From a virus, in the IMG/VR virus record IMGVR_UViG_3300044733_003647, positions 64,001 to 128,000 of that record: DNA of 64,000 nucleotides, one strand, 5' to 3'. A program made the position numbers and the translations under genes. The number at the start of each line of letters is the position of its first letter. The stretch's first letter is position 1. Below are positions 9,672-19,349 of the stretch, piece after piece. Below the pieces are notes generated by a model, which was not told where the DNA came from, ran no database searches, and worked only from the letters and a program-made list of their open reading frames with translations.

Positions 9672-10240
9672 TTCAGAATTTGTGGCCAACACCATTTCTG
9701 AAAACGGATTTTTCGGAAGAAATAAGAAATAATCTTCTCAGTCATTTTTTAACCAAATATGACATGTTCAATTCTTCAGGTGATTTAAGTAACATAAACA
9801 TATTCGACGATGAATCGGATATTATTTGTAAGTTTACTGATGAAGTTGTGTTATCACTTTTTGATACATTTCTGAAAGAGAGTTTGGGAAAAGAAATCTC
9901 AGATTGGAAAAGTCACAATCTAAAAGGCTGGTTGACTGGTTCCGGAAAAAACTACGCCTCAAATTTCCACAACCATAAGGGTGCGGCAGTATCATCCATC
10001 TTTTATATCTTGTGTGAAGAGATAGATGTTGGTGGTGATATTTACTTCACAGATCCGAGACAGAACTCAAATAGAGGTTATGATAATCAATTCTCAAAGT
10101 GGTTTGATAATCTATCTTTCACACCAAAGAGTGGTGATGCCGTGGTTTTTCCAAGTTTTCTATATCATTTTGTTGAAACTTATAGGGGAAACATCAGAAT
10201 AGCTATGCCAGTTGATCTGTTCCTCTATACAAATGAGTGA
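9668..10240 (+). CDS. Putative 2OG-Fe(II) oxygenase (TIGR02466-like phage family)
   Basis: LWPTP N-terminus, FHNH...SSIFY...FTDPR...PKSGDAVVFPSFLYHFV...RIAM. Confidence 0.85.
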   Translation: MIQNLWPTPFLKTDFSEEIRNNLLSHFLTKYDMFNSSGDLSNINIFDDESDIICKFTDEVVLSLFDTFLKESLGKEISDWKSHNLKGWLTGSGKNYASNFHNHKGAAVSSIFYILCEEIDVGGDIYFTDPRQNSNRGYDNQFSKWFDNLSFTPKSGDAVVFPSFLYHFVETYRGNIRIAMPVDLFLYTNE

Positions 10241-10285
10241 CGATAAGTCCAAAATGTCCTAAATATTTTAGTGTCTTTCAGACAT

Positions 10286-10293
10286 GATAAATA
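10286..10293 (+). promoter_or_regulatory. T4-type late promoter variant (GATAAATA)
   Basis: xxTAAATA boxes recur upstream of structural genes (also 11436, 26134, 32346, 37952, 40693). Confidence 0.55.
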
Positions 10294-10324
10294 CCGATAT
10301 AATAATAAAAGGTAGAAATAACCC

Positions 10325-10666
10325 ATGGCAGCAGGATATCAAGAATTATTCATTGAGCAAGGCGCCGACTTCTCGACTTCTATCACCTTGGATGATGCAG
10401 ACAACGAACCTTTCGATTTAACTGGTTATCAAGCAAAAAGTCAGATAAAGAAGTCATACTATTCAAGTACCTCGGCAGCTCAATTCGTCATAACCATTCC
10501 CACACCAGTGAATGGTGTGTTAAGCATGTCTATAAGTGCAGCAAATACAGCAAACATATCTGCTGGAAGATATGTCTATGACGTTTTAATTAAAAATTCT
10601 AGTAACAATACCACTAGAGTTCTGGAAGGAATCGTTAATATTGTGCCACAAGTTACTAAATTTTAA
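10325..10666 (+). CDS. Small virion structural protein (baseplate/fibre-associated)
   Basis: IEQGADF...FDLTGY...QIKKSY...GRYVYDV...RVLEG pattern common in T4-like aquatic phages. Confidence 0.65.
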   Translation: MAAGYQELFIEQGADFSTSITLDDADNEPFDLTGYQAKSQIKKSYYSSTSAAQFVITIPTPVNGVLSMSISAANTANISAGRYVYDVLIKNSSNNTTRVLEGIVNIVPQVTKF

Positions 10667-10675
10667 AGGATAGAA

Positions 10676-11212
10676 ATGCCTACAGTAACTGTCTCACAAC
10701 CTTCAGTAATAAAAGTAAAGATTGATAGTCAACAGACTAAAGTCAGCACTATCAATTATGCAACAAAGTCGATAAAGGACTCTCCAGACGTTGACATGAC
10801 CGGTGCAGCCACCGGTGATGTGCTTGTCTATAATGCGAACACACAAATATTCAGTGCAAGAAGAATTGGCTCGGCGACACCAGTTACAGGCGCATTGTTA
10901 CCAACATCTACAAGAGCTTTCGATCTTGGTAGTAGAACACAAAGATTTAGAAGTATTTATTTGTCCGGTAATACCATTGATATGGACGGAACACAGTTAA
11001 AAGCTGACGCAGCAAATGGTACATTATCATTTAGTGCAGCTCCAACAGCCGAATTTCCAAATCCAATTGCAATTTTAATAACTCCGCAAGGAGGTTTTGC
11101 TCCAGTGCAAACTGTGGGTGGAGAAATACCCGCAAACACAAATGTACAAAGTATTATTGCAAACACCGCAACATATTTACAATTCACCGGTGGTGACGCA
11201 GGATTTTTTTAA
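10676..11212 (+). CDS. Tail fibre-associated structural protein
   Basis: GDVLVYNA...LLP...FDLGS...FRSIYLSGNTI fibre motifs; ends DAGFF. Confidence 0.6.
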   Translation: MPTVTVSQPSVIKVKIDSQQTKVSTINYATKSIKDSPDVDMTGAATGDVLVYNANTQIFSARRIGSATPVTGALLPTSTRAFDLGSRTQRFRSIYLSGNTIDMDGTQLKADAANGTLSFSAAPTAEFPNPIAILITPQGGFAPVQTVGGEIPANTNVQSIIANTATYLQFTGGDAGFF

Positions 11213-11437
11213 ATGGCTAATACCGTAATACAGATTTTAAGGTCATATTCAAACGTTGCGCCAACAACTTTGGCGGATGGTGAATTGGCATATTCTTTTC
11301 TCGCAAACGCACTGTATATTGGTTCAAATACCGGTCAAGTTATATTGATTGGTGGTTCAAGTTTTGCACAAAACGTTACTGTTGCAGTCGCAAATACGTC
11401 AATTGAAACTTTAAATGCTGACGGTGGCGAATTTTAA
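11213..11437 (+). CDS. 74-aa mini-protein: fibre N-terminal (Mtd_N-like) module plus DGGEF tail
   Basis: IQILRS...PTTLADGELAYSF...LYIG, homologous to N-termini of the 11487 and 14191 proteins. Confidence 0.65.
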   Translation: MANTVIQILRSYSNVAPTTLADGELAYSFLANALYIGSNTGQVILIGGSSFAQNVTVAVANTSIETLNADGGEF

Positions 11438-11486
11438 TAAATAGACCGTAGGATTGTTACAAAAAACAACAAAAAGGAAAATAATA

Positions 11487-13388
11487 ATGGCAAACACCTC
11501 GATTAGAATTAAACGCTCAACCACAACAGGAACACCAGGGAGTTTGGCCTCAGGTGAATTAGCGTACTCATACCTATCAAATACGATTTTTATCGGTTCG
11601 CCAGCTGGCACCGGTGTAGTCAATGTTGGTGGTCAATTTTACACCTCACAAATTGATTCTGCAACCAATATAAACACTGGTGGAGCAATTGTTCGCCGTG
11701 ATTCAAACGGTAACGCAGCGTTCGGTACCATTACCGCAACATCGATCAATGCAACAATTGAAGGTAATGCGAACTCTGCAACACAATTCCAGACAGATAG
11801 ATATATTAATATCTCTGGTGGTGATGTAGTTGCAACTGCACAACTGTATAACGGTACTGCAAACGCAACATTAAGTGCATCTCTATCAACAGTCTCTGGT
11901 TTATCTGCCGGCACATATGGTGGTACCACAACAGTACCTATTGTTACTGTTGCTGCAAACGGTCGTGTTATGGCCATTGCAAACTCCGCAACCATCGCAA
12001 CATCTTTAAATATTCAAGGTGATACTGGTACAGATACAGTTAATCTTGCAACAGACACACTAGATTTTGAAGGTGGTTCTGGTGTAATAACAGCCGTTTC
12101 GAACAATAAAGTTACAATCGCGGTCGATAATGGAACGGTACTGAGAACAAACACTGCGATTCAAAGACAGATTATTGATGGTAACGTAGAAATCAGCGGA
12201 AACTTGGTTGTTCTTGGTACAGAAACAGTCATTAACGTTGAAACACTAAACATTGCTGACCCGTTAATTTTCTTGGCGGCTAACAACAACATATCGGATA
12301 CCGTAGATATTGGTTTTTCTGGTAACTATAGTGATGGAACCATAAGACACGCTGGTGTGTTCAGACATGCGGGCACAAAAGATTTCTATGTTTTCGATAA
12401 TTACACTGGAGGTCATGCTAATAACGTTCTTGATATTGGTGATTCTAGTTTCCGCGTTGCAAACTTACGTGCAAACTTAATTTCTCAATATGCAAACGTT
12501 GAGACATTACAAGTCAGCACACTGAATGTAACTACTTTGTCATTAACAAATGACCTGACTGTTCCTAACGGCGGTACAGGTGCAAGTTCCTTCACTAACG
12601 GTGCAATTCTGGTTGGTGCTGGTTCAGGCGCATTGACAACACTAGCAAATAGTACATATACCCCAACAGGTACAGGTGCAGCCAATAATACATTATCTTC
12701 ACTGACAGTTGATGCATATGGCAGAACAACGGCAGCAACATTCGAAGCAATCTCTGGATTAACTGTTGCACAAGGTGGTACTGGTGTTAACACATTCAAT
12801 GCTGGTCAAATTGTTGTTGGTGATGGCACCAACGGCCTGAAACAAATTGCTAACGTAACATACACTCAAACAGGTACGTTAACAACCGCAAATACAGTTT
12901 CCGCAATTACTGTAGATGCTTATGGTCGTGTTAGTGCATTAACATCTTCAGCAATTGCTCTAGGTGCAGATCAGATTACTAGCGGAACATTAGGTGTTTC
13001 AAGAGGCGGTACTGGTGCATCGTCATTCACAAGTGGTGCTCTGCTTGTTGGTAACGGTTCTGGTGCAATCAGTGAACTTGCAAACTCAACATACACAGCA
13101 ACAGGTTCTGCTGGTGCAGCAAAGACAGTCACTTCACTGACAGTTGATGCATATGGTCGTGTAACTGCCGCAACATTCGCAGACATTTCCGGTCTGACTG
13201 TTTCACAAGGCGGTACAGGTGCATCCACATTCACCACAAGCGGTATCGTATACGGCAATGGAACTGGTGCATTACAAGTCACTGCGGCTGCTGGTACATC
13301 AGATCAAACATGGTCTAACCAAATTCTGACAGTAACCAATGCTGGTGTTCCAGTTTGGTCTTCTGCACTAGACGGAGGTCAATTCTAA
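11487..13388 (+). CDS. Long tail fibre protein
   Basis: IRIKRS...PGSLASGELAYS N-terminus; repeated TVDAYGR / V..GGTG motifs; ends DGGQF; ATG at 11487. Confidence 0.8.
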   Translation: MANTSIRIKRSTTTGTPGSLASGELAYSYLSNTIFIGSPAGTGVVNVGGQFYTSQIDSATNINTGGAIVRRDSNGNAAFGTITATSINATIEGNANSATQFQTDRYINISGGDVVATAQLYNGTANATLSASLSTVSGLSAGTYGGTTTVPIVTVAANGRVMAIANSATIATSLNIQGDTGTDTVNLATDTLDFEGGSGVITAVSNNKVTIAVDNGTVLRTNTAIQRQIIDGNVEISGNLVVLGTETVINVETLNIADPLIFLAANNNISDTVDIGFSGNYSDGTIRHAGVFRHAGTKDFYVFDNYTGGHANNVLDIGDSSFRVANLRANLISQYANVETLQVSTLNVTTLSLTNDLTVPNGGTGASSFTNGAILVGAGSGALTTLANSTYTPTGTGAANNTLSSLTVDAYGRTTAATFEAISGLTVAQGGTGVNTFNAGQIVVGDGTNGLKQIANVTYTQTGTLTTANTVSAITVDAYGRVSALTSSAIALGADQITSGTLGVSRGGTGASSFTSGALLVGNGSGAISELANSTYTATGSAGAAKTVTSLTVDAYGRVTAATFADISGLTVSQGGTGASTFTTSGIVYGNGTGALQVTAAAGTSDQTWSNQILTVTNAGVPVWSSALDGGQF

Positions 13389-13430
13389 TTTGACTATATA
13401 ATGTATGTTTCTTTATGATAGGAGTTTGAA

Positions 13431-14186
13431 ATGGGAAATGAAAAATATTTAAATTATTACATTGAGACATTGACAAGCACAGTAACAGATTGTGTTATTC
13501 GAAATGTCTCAATGCAAGCAAACGCAAAAGTTACTGATGATGTTATCAAAGAACAAAGTGAAAAGATTGATGCATTAACAAAGTTGAATGCCGATTTACA
13601 AAAATCTGTTCAAGATTTGAAAAACATTAATACGTCAAATGAAAGTGCTTTGGTTCAAGATTTGAAAAATAAGTTGGTCGAAAGTGAAAAAACTGCAACT
13701 AACTTAAGAAATGACATAGATCAATTGATAACAAAATACCGTGATTATGACAGTATTAAAAATCAATCGACTCATGTTGAAACTTTTAAATCCGAATTGA
13801 TCAAGGCTAGAGAAGAGACTAATAGAGTTCGTACTGAACTGGAAACAAAAGTCAACTCTTTAGTATCGGAAAATGCAGCTGAATTGAACAAGGCTAGAGA
13901 AGAGACTAATAGAGTTCGTAGTGAACTAGAAACAAAAATTAATTCTCTAGTATCAGAAAATGCGGGAAAAATTTCCACATTAACTGAACAACATAATAAA
14001 GATATTGTGCGTTTAAATGAAAAACATGATAAACAAGTTAATGAATTAACTGATAAAATTGACTATTTACAATTACCTCCTGCCAAAAGAAAAAAAATTG
14101 ATGAGCTAAATAAACAGATAGAACCAGAAATGGTAATCGATTCTGGCGAATTAAATAGCCCAATCAAAGATGGCGGATCGTTTTAA
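13431..14186 (+). CDS. Coiled-coil protein with 29-aa tandem duplication
   Basis: Heptad-rich; ends DGGSF; AGGAG SD. Confidence 0.75.
   Translation: MGNEKYLNYYIETLTSTVTDCVIRNVSMQANAKVTDDVIKEQSEKIDALTKLNADLQKSVQDLKNINTSNESALVQDLKNKLVESEKTATNLRNDIDQLITKYRDYDSIKNQSTHVETFKSELIKAREETNRVRTELETKVNSLVSENAAELNKAREETNRVRSELETKINSLVSENAGKISTLTEQHNKDIVRLNEKHDKQVNELTDKIDYLQLPPAKRKKIDELNKQIEPEMVIDSGELNSPIKDGGSF
13794..13967 (+). repeat. 87-bp in-frame tandem duplication
   Basis: ELIKAREETNRVRTELETKVNSLVSENAA / ELNKAREETNRVRSELETKINSLVSENAG. Confidence 0.9.
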
Positions 14187-14190
14187 GTAA

Positions 14191-17100
14191 ATGTCAAACA
14201 CATCAATACAGTTAAAAAAATCAGGCGCAACAGGTAACACACCAACAGGTTTATCCTTTGGTGAGGTTGCCATTAACTACGCCGATGGTAAACTATATTA
14301 TAAGAATTCATTGGGTGGAACATCTTACATTTCCAACCAGTTTTCATTCGACACCATCAATGCAAATAACTCACTGATACTTGCTACTGGTGTTTCAGAT
14401 ACTCTTTCTTTTGTTGCTGGTGATAACATCAGTATCAATACAAATACTGCAACAAAAACAATTGTTATTTCGGCCACATCTGGTGGTTCAACTTCAGGTG
14501 GAATATATGCTAACGGTGCATTTGCACAGGCAAATGCTGCTTACACACACGCCAATGCAGCATTCAATGCAGCAAACACTGGTGGATCTTCAACAGATTC
14601 TGTAGCAAGAACTACTGCAAATGCTGCTTACACACACGCCAATGCAGCATTCAATGCAGCAAACACTGGTGGTTCTTCAACAGATTCTGTAGCAAGAACT
14701 ACTGCAAATGCTGCTTTCGTTCAGGCAAATGCTGCTTACGCTTCTCAAAATACTACCGGATCATACGCAAACTCAGCATATACACAAGCCAATACTGCCA
14801 CAACCAATGCATCAACAGCAGACTCCAAAGCAGTAACAGCTGGATCATACGCAAACTCAGCATATACACAAGCAAATACCGCAACCAATAATGCGGCTGG
14901 TGCTTCTTTATATGCTAACGGAGCATTCATACAAGCCAATGCGGCTTTCAATAGAGCAAATTCTGTATTAGGTGGTTTCAGAGCCAACACTTTAATTGTT
15001 GCAAATGGTACTGGTTTCCTATCTAACTCAAATGCTGAGTTTAGTTTATCAAACAATACTTTGTATGTTCCAAATGCAAACATATCAAATGAAATAGTTG
15101 CAAACTCACTTATCTTCTATGATGGTACAAGATTAAATAGTGCAACTGGTATAAATGCGAATACAGCAAATAGTGCTGCAACAGCAAACGTGTCCATATT
15201 CGCAAGAGTAACAAACGTAACAACAGGAACTTATTTCCCAATTGTTACGGACACAACAATTACAGGTGCCGACACATTCCATTATTCAAGTGGTGACTTC
15301 TTAATGTATGCTGCGAATAATACATTCAGAGCCACTGGTAACGTTTGGGCTGGAGAATTTCTTGCTGTTGGTTCAAATATACCCGTTGTCAATTCGACTG
15401 GTCATTGGGTTGGTCAAACCATATCGGCTGGTTCAGCTGGAAGTGCTAATACAGCTAATGTTGCAATCAATGCAAGAATCACTAATGTAACAACAGGTAC
15501 TTATTTCCCCATTGTTACCGACACAACAATTACCGGCAGCGATACATTACACTATTCTAGCAATGATTTCTTAATGTATGCTGCGAATAATACATTCAGA
15601 GCCACTGGTAACGTTTGGGCTGGAGAATTTCTTGCTGTTGGCACAAATATTCCGGTTGTCAATTCTACTGGTCATTGGGTTGGTCAGACAGTAAACGGAA
15701 TAGATTCATTTGCGAGAACGACAGCAAACGCAGCACTACCTACAACTGGTGGTACAGTAACTGGTAACCTAACATTGTCCACAACATCGACAATGATTAT
15801 ACAAAACACCAGACCAACCACATCAAACAGCACAGGTGCATTAATTGTTAGGGGTGGTGTAGGTATAGCGGGCAACTTGTTTGTTGGTGGCATATTCACT
15901 GTAGACGGCGATTTTCAGGTTGGTAACACAACAAGTACCGGTAACGTTTTCAACTCTGGTTTTGTAACGTTCTCTCAACCAACACTGTTCACATCAAACG
16001 CAGCAACAACGTCAAATACAACTGGTGCAATAATTTCAACTGGTGGTATCGCCACTAGAGGAAACTTATTTTCTGGTGCAATCAGAATCACAGGACCATC
16101 ATCAAACGGATTAACTTTTGCTGATGGTACAGTACAATACACTGCGAATGCTCCATCTTCTTCTATAGCAAACGGAAGTAGCAATATTGTCATTCCAACA
16201 GCAAATGGAAATATAATAGCCAATGTTAGTGGAAACACAATTGTCACCATAACAGCTAATGGATTCTCAACATCTGGTGCAAATGGTGATATCAGTGGTG
16301 CAAATAATATTTTTTCTAATTTTATCAATGTTACATCAGCTTCAATTGTATCCGGTGTTAATGTAGTACCATTCATTCAAAGTGCATTCAACAGAGCAAA
16401 CAATTCATTGAATGCAAATACTGGTGGTAGAGTTACTGGAAATACCGTTATAAGCAACGTTGATATGGCTAACGCCATTTATAGTAACGTATCATTCTCT
16501 GTCGCAACACAAGAAGATGCACCTTCAGCCATGTCTATTAGTGCTGATGGTAAGAAAATGTTTGTGATGGGTACGACAGGCGATGATGTAAACGAATACG
16601 ACTTAACTACTCCATGGTTGGTTTCTTCAGCAACATTTGTCAGAGTATTTTCTGTTGCTTCACAAGAAAATTTTCCAACAGGTTTATTTTTCCGACCAGA
16701 TGGTCTTAAATTCTATGTTGTTGGACAAACCAATGACACCGTTTACCAATATGCGTTGACGACACCTTGGGATTTATCGACAGCTTCTTACGAAAGTAAA
16801 TCGTTCTCCGTTTCTAGTCAAGATAATAATCCAACAGGTATATTCTTTAGACCTAATGGTTTGTCAATGTATGTGACAGGATCTTCAACAGACTCTGTTC
16901 ATCAGTATACTTTATCAACAGCTTGGGATGTTTCAACAGCCACATTCCTGCAATCTTTTAGTGTTGCCTCTGAAGAAACAGTACCACAAGATTTGTCTTT
17001 TGCTAACGATGGTTCCCGAATGTTTGTTATGGGCAACATCGGTGATGATGTTAACATATACAATCTATCAACTTCGTGGAATGTTAGTACCGCCGTATTC

Positions 17101-18075
17101 TCAACAACATTCAGTGTTGCTGCACAAGATGATGCACCAATAGGTATGTTCATTGAAGTGGACGGAAGTAGATTTTACATGCTTGGTTCAAGCAATGATA
17201 CCGTCTATCAGTACAGACTTCCGATGGCAACGATTGAATTGACAGGAAACACATTTATAAATGGCGACATTAATGTTTTACAAAATTTAAATGTTGATGG
17301 ATCAGCCACATTCCGCAATGAAATTATTTCGAATAATGTAATATCAAGCAACATTTATGTTTCTGGGTATAATGTATTTACCTATATTACGAATGCTTAC
17401 ATACAAGCCAATGCTGCATTTGCTGCAGCTAATGCTGGTGGAGCCGGCACAGACCAATTTGCTAGAAACACAGCTAATGCAGCCTTCATACAAGCTAATG
17501 CCGCTTTCGCAGTGGCGAATACTGGCGGCGGTGGTGGCGGTCCAGGAACAGATAACGTAGCTAGACAAACGGCTAATGCAGCCTTCATACAAGCCAATGC
17601 TGCATTTGCTGCAGCTAACGCAGGAGGATCAGGCACAGATCAATACGCAAGAGACACAGCAAATGCTGCATTGATTGCAGTTAGTAATAACGCAGTGAAT
17701 TTGTTAGTTTATAGTAATTTCTTTATTGCAAATGGTAATACATCAACATTTAGTGTCACAACAAATCCTGAAAGTAAAGAATACACAGTAGTAAACATAG
17801 ATGGTGTTATTCAATTAAAGAATACATATTCATTAAGTGGAAACACAATTATTTTATCGGAAAATGTTGCAGCAAATGCAAATGTTGAAATAACAGTTTC
17901 TGGTGGAGGCGGCGGTGGTAATACTACTGTAGGTTTCGTTACTCAAAATAAAACTGTTATAGATAGTAATGTAACAATAGGTGCTGGTTTCAGTGCAGTC
18001 AGTGTTGGTCCATTATCTATAGCAAACAATGTCGTTATAAACATAGCTGCTGGACAAAAATGGGTAATTTTATAA
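14191..18075 (+). CDS. Long tail fibre/adhesin with ANAA coiled-coil repeats and beta-propeller
   Basis: Mtd_N-like start; ANAAF.QAN repeats; about five PTGLFF.PDG.K.YV.G..D.VYQY.L.TAWD.STA blades. Confidence 0.8.
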   Translation: MSNTSIQLKKSGATGNTPTGLSFGEVAINYADGKLYYKNSLGGTSYISNQFSFDTINANNSLILATGVSDTLSFVAGDNISINTNTATKTIVISATSGGSTSGGIYANGAFAQANAAYTHANAAFNAANTGGSSTDSVARTTANAAYTHANAAFNAANTGGSSTDSVARTTANAAFVQANAAYASQNTTGSYANSAYTQANTATTNASTADSKAVTAGSYANSAYTQANTATNNAAGASLYANGAFIQANAAFNRANSVLGGFRANTLIVANGTGFLSNSNAEFSLSNNTLYVPNANISNEIVANSLIFYDGTRLNSATGINANTANSAATANVSIFARVTNVTTGTYFPIVTDTTITGADTFHYSSGDFLMYAANNTFRATGNVWAGEFLAVGSNIPVVNSTGHWVGQTISAGSAGSANTANVAINARITNVTTGTYFPIVTDTTITGSDTLHYSSNDFLMYAANNTFRATGNVWAGEFLAVGTNIPVVNSTGHWVGQTVNGIDSFARTTANAALPTTGGTVTGNLTLSTTSTMIIQNTRPTTSNSTGALIVRGGVGIAGNLFVGGIFTVDGDFQVGNTTSTGNVFNSGFVTFSQPTLFTSNAATTSNTTGAIISTGGIATRGNLFSGAIRITGPSSNGLTFADGTVQYTANAPSSSIANGSSNIVIPTANGNIIANVSGNTIVTITANGFSTSGANGDISGANNIFSNFINVTSASIVSGVNVVPFIQSAFNRANNSLNANTGGRVTGNTVISNVDMANAIYSNVSFSVATQEDAPSAMSISADGKKMFVMGTTGDDVNEYDLTTPWLVSSATFVRVFSVASQENFPTGLFFRPDGLKFYVVGQTNDTVYQYALTTPWDLSTASYESKSFSVSSQDNNPTGIFFRPNGLSMYVTGSSTDSVHQYTLSTAWDVSTATFLQSFSVASEETVPQDLSFANDGSRMFVMGNIGDDVNIYNLSTSWNVSTAVFSTTFSVAAQDDAPIGMFIEVDGSRFYMLGSSNDTVYQYRLPMATIELTGNTFINGDINVLQNLNVDGSATFRNEIISNNVISSNIYVSGYNVFTYITNAYIQANAAFAAANAGGAGTDQFARNTANAAFIQANAAFAVANTGGGGGGPGTDNVARQTANAAFIQANAAFAAANAGGSGTDQYARDTANAALIAVSNNAVNLLVYSNFFIANGNTSTFSVTTNPESKEYTVVNIDGVIQLKNTYSLSGNTIILSENVAANANVEITVSGGGGGGNTTVGFVTQNKTVIDSNVTIGAGFSAVSVGPLSIANNVVINIAAGQKWVIL
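14530..14703 (+). repeat. 87-bp near-perfect tandem duplication in fibre gene
   Basis: ANAAYTHANAAFNAANTGGSSTDSVARTT x2. Confidence 0.9.
15190..15690 (+). repeat. 270-bp-period internal duplication in fibre gene
   Basis: TNVTTGTYFPIVTDTTITG...FLMYAANNTFRATGNVWAGEFLAVG..IPVVNSTGHWVGQT twice; identical DNA blocks start at 15301 and 15571. Confidence 0.9.
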
Positions 18076-18104
18076 AATTTGATATTGACAAAAACGGATA
18101 AAAA

Positions 18105-18743
18105 ATGCCAAGTATTATTAACGCATCAACTTCATCAACAGGTCTTTTACAATCGGCAGATGCCAGTGGCATTCTACAGTTACAGAGTAATGGCACAACA
18201 GGATTAACTGTGAATGCTAATGCAAATGTAACAATAAGCAACAGTTTATTTGTGAGCGGAAATGAAGTTCAACCATTGGTTTCTGGAACATCACAAACTA
18301 CAACTAGTGGAACTAGCATAGATTTCACTAGCATACCAAGTTGGGTAAGAAGAATTACAGTGATGTTTAATGGGGTAAGCACAAATGGAACTAGCATAAT
18401 TCAAATTCAAGTTGGATCTGGATCCTTTGTTACATCTGGTTACTTTGCAAATTATGGTGCAATTAATTTGGGTACCGGACAAGCAAACATTACAACAGGA
18501 ATTCCTGTATATGCGGGTGCATCAGCAGCTTCTGTATCCACCGGACACATTATACTCACTTTAATTGGATCAAATACTTGGATTGCATCTGGAGTTGTGT
18601 TATACACAAATAATGCTGGAGCTATGTATATGATTGCTGGTAATACCCCTTCGCTTGCCGGTGCGCTCGACAGAGTAAGATTAACCACAGTAAACGGCAC
18701 TGACACTTTTGACGCTGGCTCAGTTAACATATTATACGAATAA
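18105..18743 (+). CDS. Tail fibre-associated structural protein
   Basis: SGTSIDFTSIPSWVRRIT...LDRVRLTTVNGTDTFDAGSVNILYE. Confidence 0.7.
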   Translation: MPSIINASTSSTGLLQSADASGILQLQSNGTTGLTVNANANVTISNSLFVSGNEVQPLVSGTSQTTTSGTSIDFTSIPSWVRRITVMFNGVSTNGTSIIQIQVGSGSFVTSGYFANYGAINLGTGQANITTGIPVYAGASAASVSTGHIILTLIGSNTWIASGVVLYTNNAGAMYMIAGNTPSLAGALDRVRLTTVNGTDTFDAGSVNILYE

Positions 18744-18755
18744 CAGGAACAAATA

Positions 18756-19343
18756 ATGCCATACGGAACATTAGCACTAGACGCAATAGAAAGTTCTGGT
18801 AATTTAAGTATTACTGGTAATGTTACAACTACGGGCACAATTACTAGTTCTACAGGTGTTACTTATCCTTTAGTGGCAAATACAGCTAAGACCACAACCA
18901 GTGGCACCAGTATAAATTTCACTGATATTCCAGATTGGGTGAAAAGAATTACACTTATGTATAGCGGCGTTAGCACTAGCGGTACTAGTAATTGGTTAAT
19001 ACAGCTCGGAGATTCAGGCGGAGTTGAAAACACTGGCTATTTGGGGGTTGGAACTTTTCTTGGAGCTACAACTAGCGGTACAAACTACACGGCTGGATTT
19101 GGATTCTCAATTGGCGGTGCTGGTCATATATTGCATGGGTCAGCTGTTCTTACTTTGCTTTCTAGTTCAACAAACTCTTGGACTTGTATGGGTAGTTTAG
19201 GTGGAACTGGTACCGCCGCCGGATTTATATACTCAACTGCTGGTGCCAAATCACTAAGTGGAACTTTAGATAGAGTTAGACTAACCACAGTAAACGGTAC
19301 AGATACTTTCGACGCTGGCTCAGTTAATATTTTGTATGAGTAA
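18756..19343 (+). CDS. Tail fibre-associated structural protein (paralogue of previous)
   Basis: Identical last 25 aa to the previous ORF. Confidence 0.7.
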   Translation: MPYGTLALDAIESSGNLSITGNVTTTGTITSSTGVTYPLVANTAKTTTSGTSINFTDIPDWVKRITLMYSGVSTSGTSNWLIQLGDSGGVENTGYLGVGTFLGATTSGTNYTAGFGFSIGGAGHILHGSAVLTLLSSSTNSWTCMGSLGGTGTAAGFIYSTAGAKSLSGTLDRVRLTTVNGTDTFDAGSVNILYE

Positions 19344-19349
19344 ACAATT

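Noticed and set aside
750-10240. Queuosine/7-deazaguanine DNA-modification or anaerobic RNR-activase role for the rSAM genes
   Set aside because: No FolE, QueD, QueC, DpdA or NrdD genes nearby; the enzymes carry SPASM-type Cys clusters typical of peptide/protein maturases.
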